From Mytilus californianus (taxonomy: Eukaryota), in assembly GCF_021869535.1 (NCBI RefSeq), contig NW_026262690.1, positions 77,314,001 through 77,378,000 of the forward strand: DNA of 64,000 bases, given 5' to 3'. The notes beneath the pieces were generated by a model. It had not been told where the DNA came from, did no database searches, and saw nothing but the letters and a program-made list of their open reading frames with translations. Positions 1-13,256 of the stretch are shown here, piece after piece. The translations under genes were made by a program, and so were the position numbers. The first letter of the stretch is position 1. Every line of letters starts with the position of its first letter.

Positions 1-4
1 TATT

Positions 5-217
5 TTATGCAACGTTCCAGCATATGGAATAGTTTTTTTCATCTATTCCAGGTTTAGCATCTCCCACGATGTCCTTGACAGACGATTGTTGCTTACAAGA
101 AAGCAATTTACCATGATGAACCTTGATGGTAAATATCAAGTCCTTCCTTCCATTGTTATTATGGACACTATTTTCGTTAAATGAGTCACAGATGATCACA
201 GAGCACCTAATTTCTCC
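5..217 (-). CDS. Possible terminal exon of an unidentified gene at the window edge
   Basis: Acceptor-like TTTTTTTGTCAG, then about 70 open codons (EIRCSVIICDSF...ICWNVA*). No family recognised. Confidence 0.25.
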   Translation of the reverse strand, partial: GEIRCSVIICDSFNENSVHNNNGRKDLIFTIKVHHGKLLSCKQQSSVKDIVGDAKPGIDEKNYSICWNVA

Positions 218-1974
218 TGACAAAAAAAGTCAATGTTTTTCCCCAATGTTCGTGCTAATTTTGTTTTGATCTGGTCTATCTTTTGTCCTAAAAACTGTCA
301 TTTCAAACTTTCACATTCGATCATAAAGGAGGGTCAAACATTTTTCATGTATCAATGGTTAATACATTAAGTAATATCCTGGGGAATTGTGAAGCATGTA
401 ATTGCCAATCTGCTACTGTATAAAGCCAGATCAATGGAAATAGTTATCCGATTTTTTAAACTGGTGTACCATGAAAGTTCTCATTAATGGAGCAGGTCAT
501 CAGCAGATTTTTTAAAAGGAGCAACATGATGGGCGTTACATGTGAAGCAGAAACTGGTAAAGCTTTGGAAGCACCTACATGCACCTCTGTTTGTTAGACT
601 CTTGTAGCTTAATATATTGTTCTTGTGTATTATTTTGAGGACTTTTTCTTATTTATTGTGTTTCTCTTCAACTTACATTTTTGTATTGACTCCTTGCAAT
701 ACACATTTTTAGGGCAATTTAAAATGAGGCACACCATTTCAGTGTGAAATGCCAATTTCTTCATTAATCTTCATCAAGCATGCTAAGGGACAAAAGTTCT
801 GATAATTAACGATTTATAAATATTATATAAAGTTGGATATTTGTGTAAGGGATATATTTTCAATAATATCTGTATGAAAATAAAATTGAAAATATATCCC
901 CTTTCTTATTCAAAACTATAATGACGTCTGTGAAGGCTACTAGAATTAGTCTGTTTGTTTTGATGACTTCATGTGTCGATGAGGCTGTCAATGAGGGATT
1001 TATAAAAAATTGTAAAACAATACTCTCAGTAGACATCAGGATCATCTTGCCCAAGTTAATTGGAACTTTAAGATCAGAAACAGATACACGAAAAAATGCA
1101 AACAAATTAGACCTCACAATCTGGTTTCGTCATAGAAATCACAGGACCAAATATTCTCCATGGAAATGAGATGTGCTAATGCTTATACAACTGCATACCA
1201 ATTATCATTGACCTACCACTAACGGTTCCCCTTGAACTGACCTAATCACAAACTAAAACATGAAAACGAAGCAAAAGTTTCAAAGTCAATAGACCATGAA
1301 TGAGGAGGGCGGGGCCAAATAATGTCCATGAAAATGAGATGTGCCAATGCTTATACAACTGCATACCAAATATCATTGACCTACCACTAGAGGTTCCCCA
1401 TAAACTGACCTAATCACAAACTAATACATGTAAACAAAGCAAAGTTTCAAAGTCAATAGACCTTGACTGAGGGGGCGGGGCCAAAATTGGTTTGTGACCT
1501 TTAGATATAAACATAAGTAGTTTGCTGTTTGTTTTTGATTGCGACTGACTCACTGACATTTATCTCATTTTTTCTGCCTTTTATTGCCTTTAAAAGATCC
1601 ATCAAAATATCATGCAGATGATTCCCCATGTAGTCTGATTGAAAGATTGTTTTTTACCTAAAATCCAGTGGCAAATATTTCATGCACATTCAAGATGATC
1701 CAGATAGTTTAACCAGCATTGCAAAGGACATTATATCAGTTGGTAAGACAGACAACACAATTAGCCTAAATTTTATTATAACTTATCAATGGCATAGGAA
1801 AGAGAGACTTTTTTTATTCAAGTTTTTTCAGATAATGGACACAATTCTTGATATTGCGTAGTTTTCTTCAGAAAGGGGAGATAATTCCTTTTATAAATAT
1901 GACAAAAATGGGTACCAAAAGATCATTCACCAATACAAATATGCCAAGAGTTGCTCTTTTACTGTTTAAATATA

Positions 1975-2330
1975 TCTCGAATTTGACATACACAGTCATC
2001 TCAGTACCAGAATCTATGACAAACGAGACGATTTTAATTTTGAAATTATCAATTTCCCCCACCTTAGTAGCAATATACCAACTTCACCTGCATATGGGAT
2101 ATACATTTCCCAACTTATTCGGTATTCAAGAGCTTGCAGCTCCTTCTCAGACTTTGTGACTTTGTAAAACGTCACCAGTGTCTGAGCAGAAAGTTGACGA
2201 ACCAGGGGTATGTCAAAGAACGTCTCGTCCTTTATCCTAAAAAAGTTCATCGGAAGGTACCAAGACCTTGTTGATAAATATTCCGTATCAACTTCACAAA
2301 TAATACACGATGGTCTTGAAGTATAGATTC
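1975..2330 (+). mobile_element. 5'-truncated Penelope-like retroelement RT C-terminus
   Basis: Translates RIYDKRDDFNFEIINFPHLSSNIPTSPAYGIYISQLIRYSRACSSFSDF...KLTNQGYVKERL, the RT thumb region of a retroelement family common in bivalves. It has an internal frameshift. Confidence 0.75.
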
Positions 2331-2394
2331 TGCGTACTGACGTTGTTTATCTTCTTAATAACGTGTTATAGTATTCTTTTATTTGTCTTTATTA

Positions 2395-2705
2395 TTATTA
2401 CTTTTACTGTTAAGTCTGTTTTTTGAGATATCCATTTGACGTGACTCTGTTCTTATGTATCCCGTCATAATTTGGACGACAAAATTATTTTATTTATTAA
2501 TATCACTTTTACTGTTAGTTCTGTTTTTTGTGATATACATTTGACGTGACTCTGTACTTATGTATCCCCTCATACTTTGAACCACAAAATTATTTTATTT
2601 ATTAATATTACTTTTACTGTTAAGTCTGTTTTTTGTGATATCCATTTTACGTGACTCTGTACTTATGTATCCCGTCATACTTTGAACGACAAAATTATTT
2701 TATGT
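2395..2705. repeat. Three tandem copies of a ~105-bp unit
   Basis: TACTTTTACTGTTAAGTCTGTTTTT..GATATCCATTTGACGTGACTCTGT.CTTATGTATCCCGTCATA recurs near 2400, 2505 and 2610. Confidence 0.85.
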
Positions 2706-3353
2706 CTACCTGTGCGAATTTCAACGCCCGATTTTACGCCAGTACTTAAAACCTTCCATCCTTTAAGGGTGGATTTTACATAGATAAATTAAATCGTATA
2801 ATAAAAAAGCAAAATGAGGATGTTAAATTTGATGTATGCCTTTATGTGTGCTTCGTTACATTTGTTTGTTTTTATAGTGATTAAGATGATAACACAATGT
2901 TGACTGCTGTACCCTTATTTTTGACATTTCTACCTATTGTGTCTGTTTGTTTTGTTCATGCATAGTTGTCAATATAATGGAATTTGATCCGACTGTCATA
3001 CAAGTGAGAGGTTTAGCTAGCTATAAAACCAGGTACAATCCACCATTTTCTACATAAGAAAATGCCTGTACCAAGTCAGGAATATGACAGTTGTTATCCA
3101 TTTGTTTGATGTGTTTGAGCTTTTGATTTTGCCATTTGATTAGAGACTCCTTTTTTAATTTTCCTTGGAGTTCAGTATTTTTGTGATTTTACTTTATACA
3201 ACTGACAAACCAACTTTTCTGTATATTTTCCTTTAATTAACATTAAATTGAATTACAAAAATATATAATATGCATGAATTGAAAAAAGACCTGAGTCAGT
3301 TCATGAATAGAACCCTGAGTAGCTTTTAGCACAAAATATTAATTTTATAAATT

Positions 3354-3925
3354 ATCAGTGAGAAAAACCACTTTTTTATAATACATACAAATGAGAAGAC
3401 TAGTAAACTATTTAAATGCCCAAATATATAAATGAAATATCAGATAATGTACAGTAAACAATGTATAAACACCTGCAACAAAATTTTAATACAAAAAAGC
3501 CAGATGAAAAACATTTTTCATTTAATATCCAATGACATCCCTGCTCTTTGGAATAGGTGGATACAGGAAACCGTCATGGGGACAGTTGCTTTTGTATTTA
3601 CTTGACCCATTTGGGCTGTAACGATGGTGATGGTAAACATCAGTGAGAAAAACCACTTCTTAACAAAATATACAAATGAGATTAATGTCTCCAGAGACTA
3701 GTAAATTAAATGCCCAATAACTGAAATATCAAATAATGGTAAACAATGAATAAACACCCGCAACAAATGTTTAATACAAAAAAGCCAGATGAAAAAAGTT
3801 TAATCTATTATCCAATGACATCCCTGCTCTTTGGAATAGGTGGATACAGGAAACCGTCATGGGGACAGTTGCTATTGTATTTACTTGACCCATTTGATCC
3901 ATTTGGGCTGTAATGATGGTGGTGA
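3354..3925. repeat. ~285-bp tandem duplication of the RNase T2 stop-codon region and 3' UTR
   Basis: ATCAGTGAGAAAAACCAC starts both copies (about 3354 and 3640). The block CCAATGACATCCCTGCTCTTTGGAATAGGTGGATACAGGAAACCGTCATGGGGACAGTTGC occurs twice. Confidence 0.85.
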
Positions 3926-6900
3926 CGAACATATCTTTTGGATTGGTCACAGCTGACTGGTTTGAAGGTCTTTGACAGGCAGATCTCAACCTCATATACT
4001 AAGTGCTTCCTGGTTTTCTGTAATAAGGACAAAAAAATCTTTTTATTTATGTAAAAAGGTAAAGTTTTTACTGATATTTTTAATAATATTGAATATCTGT
4101 TACAGTCTTTTTTCAAAATTTGTGCAAGCTCAGAGGTAGATAGGTTTAACCTATATATGGTTAACAAGATTTTGATAAATGCAATCTTGAAAAATTATTG
4201 AAAGGAATCCCATCTTTTTGCAAAGTTAAATCAGTATGAGTTACTTTTCAAAATTGTCATTTATTGAATAAACTCTGAAAAAAAATATTTCCTGAAATGA
4301 AACTAAAGACAATACATTCATTTATATTTGGTCAAATTCTCAATCAAGGAAGAATTTGGTGGGTGATGTATTAAGAACTTTCATGAAAATATTAATAATT
4401 TCCCTACAAAATAAAAAGTGATGAAATGATTTTTTTATGACTTTCTTTAAAATAGAAACAAATAGTTTTAATGACATACTTCAAAATTCACAATAAAAGC
4501 CAACTCATAAGAAAATGTGAGAAAAAATAACAAAAAAACCTTCAATAATGGGCAGTATTTTTTGCAATTAGAATTTTTAATCAAGGTTTGAAGTGAAATA
4601 TTACAACTGACATGATACAATTATTCTACTTTCCCCAAATGTGAACTTATCAAAGTAATTTGACCAACTTTATGGCAAATTCATCAGAGTTAAAAAGTTT
4701 CAAAGTTTCTTAAATATGTGTATCTAACAAAAGTATCAATATATTAATTAAGGGTCTTTATTTTAAACTAACAATTTTTTTTTCTAAAGTTCATTTTGTT
4801 GTAGACCATATTTAAGATTTACAAAAATGACAATAGTTTGACTATGATTATATTGTCACAGCAGTTTTCACTTCAAATAAAACAATGATGTCAATATAAT
4901 AGAAATGGTCTATTACCTGGTCATAAGCACATTCTATCCTAGGTACAACTCCAATCTGGTCCTGAATAGCTGTTTCTAGCTGACTGACCTTTAACATATT
5001 AACATGAAACTTTGTGAATAAAGAGATATGCTGCTCACATTATGATACAAATGTAGATTAGATATTAGCCCATAAAAACTAAAAGCTATCTATACCCGAG
5101 TCTTTGGCATATTACCAAAAACTCTGCAAACCACCCAGTGAAACCCCTCCCCTCCCCCCCCCCCCAAAAAAAAAAATAATAATGGCATTGAAGTAAAAGA
5201 ATGTGTCCCTTAACTGCATTTTTTGTTTAAATAACAGTAGCATTTTTAAAATGATTTTCGGTTACCATGCTGCAAAAAGAATGTTCTCCTACCACACTAA
5301 TAGGAATACTGGTTTACTGTTATACTTAGGCTATAACCATTATAAAGATTTTTGAAAGTGTTCTTATAAGGACTATTACATTAAAATGTATGTGGGAGGG
5401 TAGGAAGGGAAGTTTAATTATTGAATGTAGGTCATGGGTCTTTTTTCAGTATGCGTCTATTACCATTATGCAAAATTATCTAAAAAATGGTTCTTGGTTG
5501 TAGGGATATTTTGAAAGTCCCTTCCTACCCTCCCACATACATTTTAATGAAATAGCCCTAAGGATAAACTTTTTACTCACATTATAAATTTTTGTGTCGC
5601 TTGGCATGATATTCTTATTGTTCAATAACCTGCAAATATATATTTATTAACAACTGAATCTGAAATATATTTATATCTTAAGTTTACCCTTAAAGGTCAA
5701 ACAAAAAAACTAACTTCAAAGAAAAAGGTAAAATTCTTTCTTTTGTTGATTAGAAATTCAATGCCAAAAAAGAAAAAAAATCACAAAGAGTATGTAGGAA
5801 AAATGATTTTCTCTGAAGGTTTGTATCTTGTTGTATTCTGATCAGCTTCTATCAAAAATGACTAACCCCATCTATTTTTGACTTCATACGCAAGTAGTGA
5901 CAGGACTGTGCAATTTGGATATACATTATTTTGTATTATTTGTGTTGTTGGGTGCTGTTTCAGTGATGTTACAGCCAATATATATTTTCCCAATATCTAG
6001 AACTACAAATCCATAATTGTAAAACTCACGTGGTAGCATCTAGACCTTTCATTACATCAAGAGCTTTTCTGAAGTACATATATTCATTAGCAGTTGCTGG
6101 TAAATCCATAGCACAAGTTCCATGTTTAGTCCATTCATGCTCCCTACAAAAACACATGTATAGAGTTATTATATAAGAAATATACAGGAGATGTGGTATG
6201 ATTGTATATCAATTGACCTTTCGGGCAGGTTCGTAAAGGGTCATTAGCTGTCAAATTCATATTCACCGATTTGACTCAAGCTCTCATATTTTATTTATAA
6301 CATACTAAAAGTACATCCAAATTATAAAAAGTCTAAAATAAACAATTTACAATGCATGGGCTTGATAGTATTAACAGCATTTCATGTGAATTTTAGTCTA
6401 AACGCCATCTAATTAACCATCAAGGTGACCTCCAAAGACTGCCGGCGGTCATATAACCTGATATTGACATAACTATAGATATAAATAGATAGCTAACTCG
6501 TGCAATTTGATTTTTCTAGGTCTGTTTGATTTCATATTATAGGTTAAAAATATATGTTAATCATCGTTTTTACCTGTATAAGAATGAGTTTTTGTGGATT
6601 GAATCAGTCAATTAATTGGTTTACCCTTATTTCACTTTCAATGTTGACATGCTTTTCCTTTTAATAACTAAACACACCTAATTCATATGTAACCCATCTC
6701 TAGCTAAAGGGTTAAATTGAAGGTCACATGAATACGGATTCAATGAGGTCGAATTATTCACTTGCAAGTGAATAATTCATCAGAGATGTTTCGTAGCTTA
6801 TTTTGTCAAAATTGAACCAAACTGGCTGCTAAAAGCGAATTATTATTTCCCTTTTTCACTTTCATTAATAATTGAAAAAAAAAATATATTTTAAGTTTTT

Positions 6901-9396
6901 TTTTATCTCGTAGCTAATGACCCTTTAAAAAAAATAACTAAAACATAATCAGTCAAAAACACTTGTATAATGAGTTCTCACCAGAAACTGGTATCACTAG
7001 TATCAGCGTACATGTTAGCCCAAAACTTGCTTAACTCTGATGTCATATTCTGCAATTATTAAAAAAAAGTTTCTGGTAAAATATGTAAACTGATAGAAGC
7101 ATTTATTCATCTTTCTTTATCATCAAATGACTAGTCTAAAATATAAATTACACATACAGGAAAATAAATTGCTTTGCTAATTTAATCACATTGTGCTATA
7201 TATAATTACATTGTGCTACAAATAATCACATTGTGCTCTATATAATCTCATTGTGCTATAAATAATAATTATTCTTTTTATAAATGAAATCCATGTTCTT
7301 CAATTAATAGAATTTTCTATTTAGCAGAGAAAGAAGTTTCAACTTTGAATCACTGGTCTTAGATTTTACATCTAATATATCTGTAACTTTTCAACTTTGA
7401 ATCACTGGTCTAAGTTTTTATAACTAATATATCCGTAACTTTTCAACTTTGAATCACTGGTCTTAGATTTAACTAATATATCCGTAACTTTCACTTTGCA
7501 GTATTTACCTTAATGATGTTAGCATCAAATGGCACTTGTCTGCAGTCTGTTGGACCTTCTGTTCCAAACTTTGTAGGCCTAAAGTAAAATGAAAAAGAAC
7601 AAATATTCTAACTTCGAGAAGCCAAATGTGCAAAATACATTAGGAAAACAGCATTATAGAGAACATAGAAAGAATATTCAAAGCTATCAAAGGTCAACGC
7701 TGTGTTAGAGATTTGTAATCTCTATTGATGCCTCCATTAGACCTCTTCTCATCAACTTTTAGCAACAAACTTACCCAAAAAATGTCTTTTTAAAATATGT
7801 TGATGTGATTATAAACATTTTTTAAGGGAAAACTTTTGCTCACACTTTCGGTCAAATTTACCATTTTAAAACATGTTTCTGAGATTTTTTTTTACACTGT
7901 GTTTGGTATTTCAAAAATCAGCACAGCAATTTCATATTTATAGTATATGTGATTTAATGTAATTTTGAAGGATTACAAATTTATTTTTGTGTGCACAAAA
8001 TGGTACATGTATTGCCAATCACAACTCATCAAACTTTTCATTCCACATTTTTTTATTGTAAAGTTTTTTTTTTCTATAGGCGATTGTTCAGTCTAACAGG
8101 ATTTACATGCAGTTAATAGCTAGCAGATATTCTAGTAAAATATTAATATGAAACTAACCAGAGACCATGTATAGACCAAGTTGATACACCATCAGGTATC
8201 ACACACCTATGGTGCTGTAAAAAATAAAAGTATACAATATTTTACATTAATAACAATGGTAAAGATGATTTTTTTTACAGATTCTACTTTATATCTAATT
8301 TACTTCAACCAAATAAGACCTGACAACACAACTAACTTGTAGTGCATTTCTTTTGAACAATAAATGCAAATTAAAAGAATCGCACCTGCACTTTCAACAT
8401 AACATTTATACAGTGTGATGTACTACTTCTAGGACAAATTATATCAAAATTATAAAAATCTTCACTCAAAATATGGACAATTTTATGTTGAAGGGGTCAT
8501 GAATTCAGTTTGGCAGCTTCAGACACACCATTTTTTTTTTCATTGTTCAAGTGGACCAAATCAAAATTTTACCTTTAAATTTATGACCCAATTTTTTTGA
8601 GTGAAAATTCATTCCCTTTGTTGTTATTTGAGGCATAAAACATGAGAAAATGATATGGGAGGGTGTGTGCAAAATATTTGCAAGGATAACACTGTCCAGA
8701 CTAGGGACTTTGTTTGTAGACCATGAAAATCAAAGGGTGATAATTGTGTCATCAGGCCTATTGAAAGGTCAATATATGCATATATATGCAGGCAGTGTTG
8801 CCATGATGTCTCAAGACGTAGGGGTTCGAATGCCGCTGAGGGAAGAACAAAAATTTGTTTATGCAAATTTGCAGATCTAACATTGTTAGGCTAAATTTAA
8901 CATGTTTAAGACAAAGTATATGAAAAATTATGGTGTTAGCCCTGTATAACCACAGGTTATCCGATGGAAAATGTCTGTCATAAAGTTGTCACATATTTAC
9001 CTTTTTTCACTCGAGCCTCACTGATGAGTCTGGTGTACAAAATTTTAAACCTACTATGTATTATAGGCTTATCAATAATAGACTTAAAGAAATTCTATAT
9101 GAGCAATTTGGATTTCAGTTTTTCAAATAGTTCTTGTTGCAATCTGAATAAGGTTGATCAAACACAGTAAAATCAGATAACAATCAGCAATAGTATCATA
9201 ATTGAAGATTATGTACTATTATTGCTATTAATTTCATGTTATATAAAAGAAATATTAACAGTTGAAGGATTAGTTTATTTTGTCATGTTCATAGTTTTTT
9301 AATGCTTAGTTTGTGCATACCTCTTGCTCTCCCTGAACACACACAGTGGTAGGCCATTCCTGAGTAAACGTAAAAATATCCCATTCAGCCGACATA
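3808..9396 (-). CDS. RNASET2: Ribonuclease T2; 8 coding exons recovered, N-terminal/signal-peptide exon not identified
   Basis: Exons 9396-9321 (MSAEWDIFTFTQEWPTTVCVQGEQE), 8214-8159 (HHRCVIPDGVSTWSIHGLW, CAS I), 7578-7509, 7049-6982 (NMTSELSKFWANMYADTSDTSFW), 6143-6030 (EHEWTKHGTC, CAS II), 5629-5581, 4988-4917 (IGVVPRIEC), 4017-3808 (EVEICLSK...CPHDGFLYPP, stop). All junctions are GT-AG and phase-compatible. Confidence 0.93.
5370..5558. mobile_element. PIF/Harbinger-type MITE
   Basis: 41-bp TIRs (GG[A/G]CTATT[A/T]CATTAAAATGTATGTGGGAGGGTAGGAAGGGA) flanked by TAA on both sides. Confidence 0.8.
6237..6924. mobile_element. Non-autonomous TIR element, Kolobok-like
   Basis: 13-bp TIR AGGGTCATTAGCT / AGCTAATGACCCT, flanked by GTAA and TTAA (near-TTAA TSD, AG termini). 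Confidence 0.55.
7183..7495. repeat. Two short intronic tandem arrays
   Basis: CACATTGTGCTA(TATATAAT) about 4 copies at 7185-7260. TTTCAACTTTGAATCACTGGTCT..ATTT...CTAATATATC.GTAAC 3 copies at 7338-7490. Confidence 0.8.
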
Positions 9397-9681
9397 CTGT
9401 AAAGTAGATGGTACAATAATGCATAAATATTCTAATTGTATATATAGATGAACAAACAAAAACATAAAAATTTTATATTATCTCTTGTACATGGTTTTCA
9501 CTAATTAATTTAGTCACTAAATTGGTGTAGGACCTTTTTAGATAATAAAAAAAAAAACCCAATTTTTAAATTCATGCGTCCAAAGTTCTTTTACAAATTT
9601 ACCTTTATCAGGAATGCTGAAACCAAAACATCTAAAAGCCCAAGGTGAATAAAACCAAAACATATGAAAAGCAATAATTTA

Positions 9682-9998
9682 CAGCTGTTATCCTAATGCT
9701 AGCAAGTTAAAGGTTTGGTTGGATTGATTGCTTTGTTTGTATTAATGTTTGCTCAAGCATTGTAATTAAGATTGACATCTGCTAACAATATAAGTAGGCG
9801 GAGTTAAACCTGTATATAGGTAAATTTGATTATTTGATAATGTCCAATCAAATTTAAATATAATGTATACAAGTTTAACTCCACCTTTTTATATTGTTTT
9901 CAGATGTCAATCTTAATTACAATGCTTGAGCAAACATTAATACAAACAGCAATCAAGAAAACCAAACCTTTAACTTGCTAGCATTAGGATAACAGCTG
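9682..9998. mobile_element. Fold-back MITE with TA TSD (Tc1/mariner-type)
   Basis: Arms of about 140 bp are near-perfect inverted repeats (CAGCTGTTATCCTAATGCTAGCAAGTTAAAGGTTTGGTT...). TA at 9680-9681 and 9999-10000. Confidence 0.85.
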
Positions 9999-11329
9999 TA
10001 ATAAATATATATATACCCTAAAAGGCCTGTTAATTGGATTAAAGATATGATCGCAGATGATAAGTAACTATAAACTATCTGACATAAAACTGCATCCAGA
10101 TTAATGAAAGATGAACTATTTCAGTAAGAGGCTATTATACTTCCCTAAATACTTCCATTAAATCTTATAACACTATTTTTACTGTAAATTCAGAAATTTT
10201 TGTGATGTTTTTGTTTGTGTGAAAATTGCATCTGGACAGGTTTCACAAAAATAAAAATTCATCTTTTTACAGAAACTAGTGCAAAAATAAATCCCAGTCA
10301 ATGTTGGTGCTTATGGAATTAATTGTTATACACAATATCAAAATAAATTTAGTTTCTCTTTTCCATTGTTATGAAGTGAATGTGATTTATAATAACTATC
10401 TAAAATGATTTTAAATCTGACATAGAATAGCTTAACATGTTTCTATGCATAAATGGGTGTACCTGAGTGTAAAGCAAAGAACCAAGAGGAAAATTGTCTT
10501 CATGGCTGGAAACATCAAGTCAACCTGCAGTTAAAAATATTTTATAGTATACTAAATAAATCTTGTTATAAAGTGAGTGAAATACTATTATTACTGTTGT
10601 ATATAAAACTTCTAGTAAATTTGAATACAATGAATGTACTTCAGTCATTCCCAAGGTCCCTAGACATTGGTCATAGGCCAGTAAAAAAATTGGTTTGGTC
10701 CAGTTAAGTGATATGCATTACTGGATCAAATGACCAGTAAAATTTTTAATTTTGTCCAAATCATATGTGTAAATGTCCTGTGAAAAAAACTCTGGTCCAG
10801 TTAAGAAGAATGGTTTAACAGACCAAATGTCCAGATGATTTCTCAAGGCTTTGGGAACCACTGGTATTTGTAGTCCAGGCATCTGTTATAAACCATGCAT
10901 TTATCATGAACAGAAATATGTCATGAAATATTGGTTAAATATGCAAAACATTCCTGATATAGACCAAGACAAATCTTAAAGACTTTTAACCTCTGACTGT
11001 TGACCTTTTATCAATTTTATATTGTAAATACATATGCCATCAGTATAAATATGCCATTAGAGGGAGGGTTGAGTGCTCACAGACATGTTTATTTCTGCCA
11101 TATTCTGTTTGTGCCTGTCCAACAATAATCATGATTATAAACAAAAGAAACTAATGGTACAAAATCTTTTGCAGTGGATTTATTTATCACACCTGGCAAA
11201 CTTAAATCATTGAACATAAATGAGACAAAAACCCGACGACAAAGAATATTAAGGTCAATATATGGTCTTCAAGCGACAAGTTTCTATACAATATATCTTC
11301 ACCAGGTTAGTACTTCATGAGCACTGAGA

Positions 11330-11550
11330 TGGGTGCCACATGTGGAGCAGGATCTGCTAACTCTTCCAGAGCACCTAAGATCACCCCTGGTTTTTGGTGG
11401 GGTTTTTGTTGCTCAGCTTTTAATATTTAAGTTGTGTTTTGTAGACTTGCTTGTCATTTGTTAGTTTTTTATTTTCTGCCATGGCATTGTCAGTTAGTTT
11501 TAGAGTTATGAATTTGACAATCCTTCTGGTATCTTCCGCCTCTCTTTTAT
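11330..11550 (+). repeat. Interspersed retroelement 3'-end repeat (relatives near 520-700, 30860-31060 rc, 57280-57480, 59820-60010 rc)
   Basis: GGTGCCACATGTGGAGCAGGATCTGCT.AC.CTTCC.GAGCACCT.AGATCACCCC and degenerate copies. Confidence 0.6.
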
Positions 11551-13256
11551 TGAATTTAATTTGACTAAAGTCTAGAAAAACAATGGGAATAAATTAAACT
11601 TCTAGGACTTAAAGATCTGCAATCAAAACCAAAACTCCTCATGGAAAAATAAAGACTTAAAGACAACCAAACCAAAAACTAAGTTCCTGCATTGATTCAG
11701 TTGTAACATAGAATTTACATGTAAAAATAAGTAATTGAAGCAAAAAATTGAATAACTTACAATTGATGAAACTGTGAAAACCTGTGTCCACTCCTGTCTC
11801 AGTCCACTTTGGAACTGAAAATATTTATAGCCTTCTGGCCTTCTTATAAACTACAGTAAAATCTTTTGAAATTCAAGTTGGTGTTGTCTAAACTGAAACA
11901 CAAACAAATTCATACAAAAAATATCACTTCTAACACTAAATATTCTATTTCTACACCTCCTATATATATACCTAGCTATTTCAAAATAAAAATACATTAA
12001 AAGTCTATTACATGTATTATTTTTTAAAAAGGAAAATAAATTTTGTTTTACTATAGACTACCACCTCACCACTACAAAGTCAATCATGACAATACTGGTG
12101 CCTACTAGTTAATTGTAGATCTTTATTGATCTGGACTGATAAGAACACATGTATGTCTATATCTAGTACAGAAATTTTCTTTAATAGTACATCGTATAAA
12201 TGTACTAAAATCTTCTTTATATTACACTTGAACCTACTTTTATAGTCTACAGTTAATTACTGAAATGTGAATGTGTTATTTCCGACAAGCCTTAGTTTAT
12301 AGTTCAAATGAACCTTCTCTATGTGTGCAAGGCCTTTGTTTGGGTTTAGTTGGTTAGTACTTCGCTTTGTGTAAATAGAAAGATGTGTGTATATTCAAAC
12401 TCTGTTTACTAGACTGAGTAGGGACATTATGAATACAATATAGCGTAATAATGATATGACGTAACAATACATAATTTTACCTATGTTACAGTCTTTGACG
12501 TTAGGAATAAGAGTAGCTTTAATCAGTTTCTCTGCATTGCGGTAAATCGTAATAGACTTTATAGTTGGAAAGCACACAGTACCTTGAAATAAGACTGTGC
12601 ATGCATTGGACTAGTTCAATCTAAACAAGGGCTATGATTTCACATGGTTGCCCGTTGGTTCATTCTAACTAAGACAGTGCATGGACAAGGTTAAATTAAG
12701 GTGACAGTAGTTTAACGATGTTTAAATCTTAAATTGTTTAGGAATAGACAAATCAAGGTAACAAACAAAAGCTGAGGGAATGCCATGAACTCCAAAAAGA
12801 ACGATCCTCGGTCACGACAGTGTGTTGACAGGCTATGCATGCATCACCATTGTTCAGTCATGCGAATTCACACTTCACCAAAATGTCACAATCGGGGAAA
12901 AAAAGTTATCAATTAATTCAGACTTCTCTCTCAAACACTGCATCTGAAAACCCTCTACACCAAGGAGATGTCAGAACAAGGCTGAGTAACTGAGCTCCAG
13001 TATGGCATTGTGAAAACTTCTTTTTACATGGATTTGTGTTATTTTCTATTAAAAGAAATCTTTTGGCTTCAGATTTTTTAAACAATAGATCATCTACATG
13101 TAATTAAAATTTTCTCCTTTCAGCATCAAAGATCTATAAATTGGTTTGTGCAATATTATAATAAAAAATTACAAGAGGCTCCTTGGAGCCTGAATTGCTA
13201 CCGGACAAAAATATGGCATTTCAATATTTACTTATACCTTTTACACAATCAATAAA

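Noticed and set aside
860-1169. Overlapping 82-85 aa ORFs on both strands
   Set aside because: No recognisable domain and no convincing donor/acceptor pair. They may belong to a degraded gene but I cannot support that.
9601-9680. Hydrophobic stretch as a possible RNase T2 signal-peptide exon
   Set aside because: No ATG in the hydrophobic frame even after removing the MITE, and the donor phase does not match the next exon.
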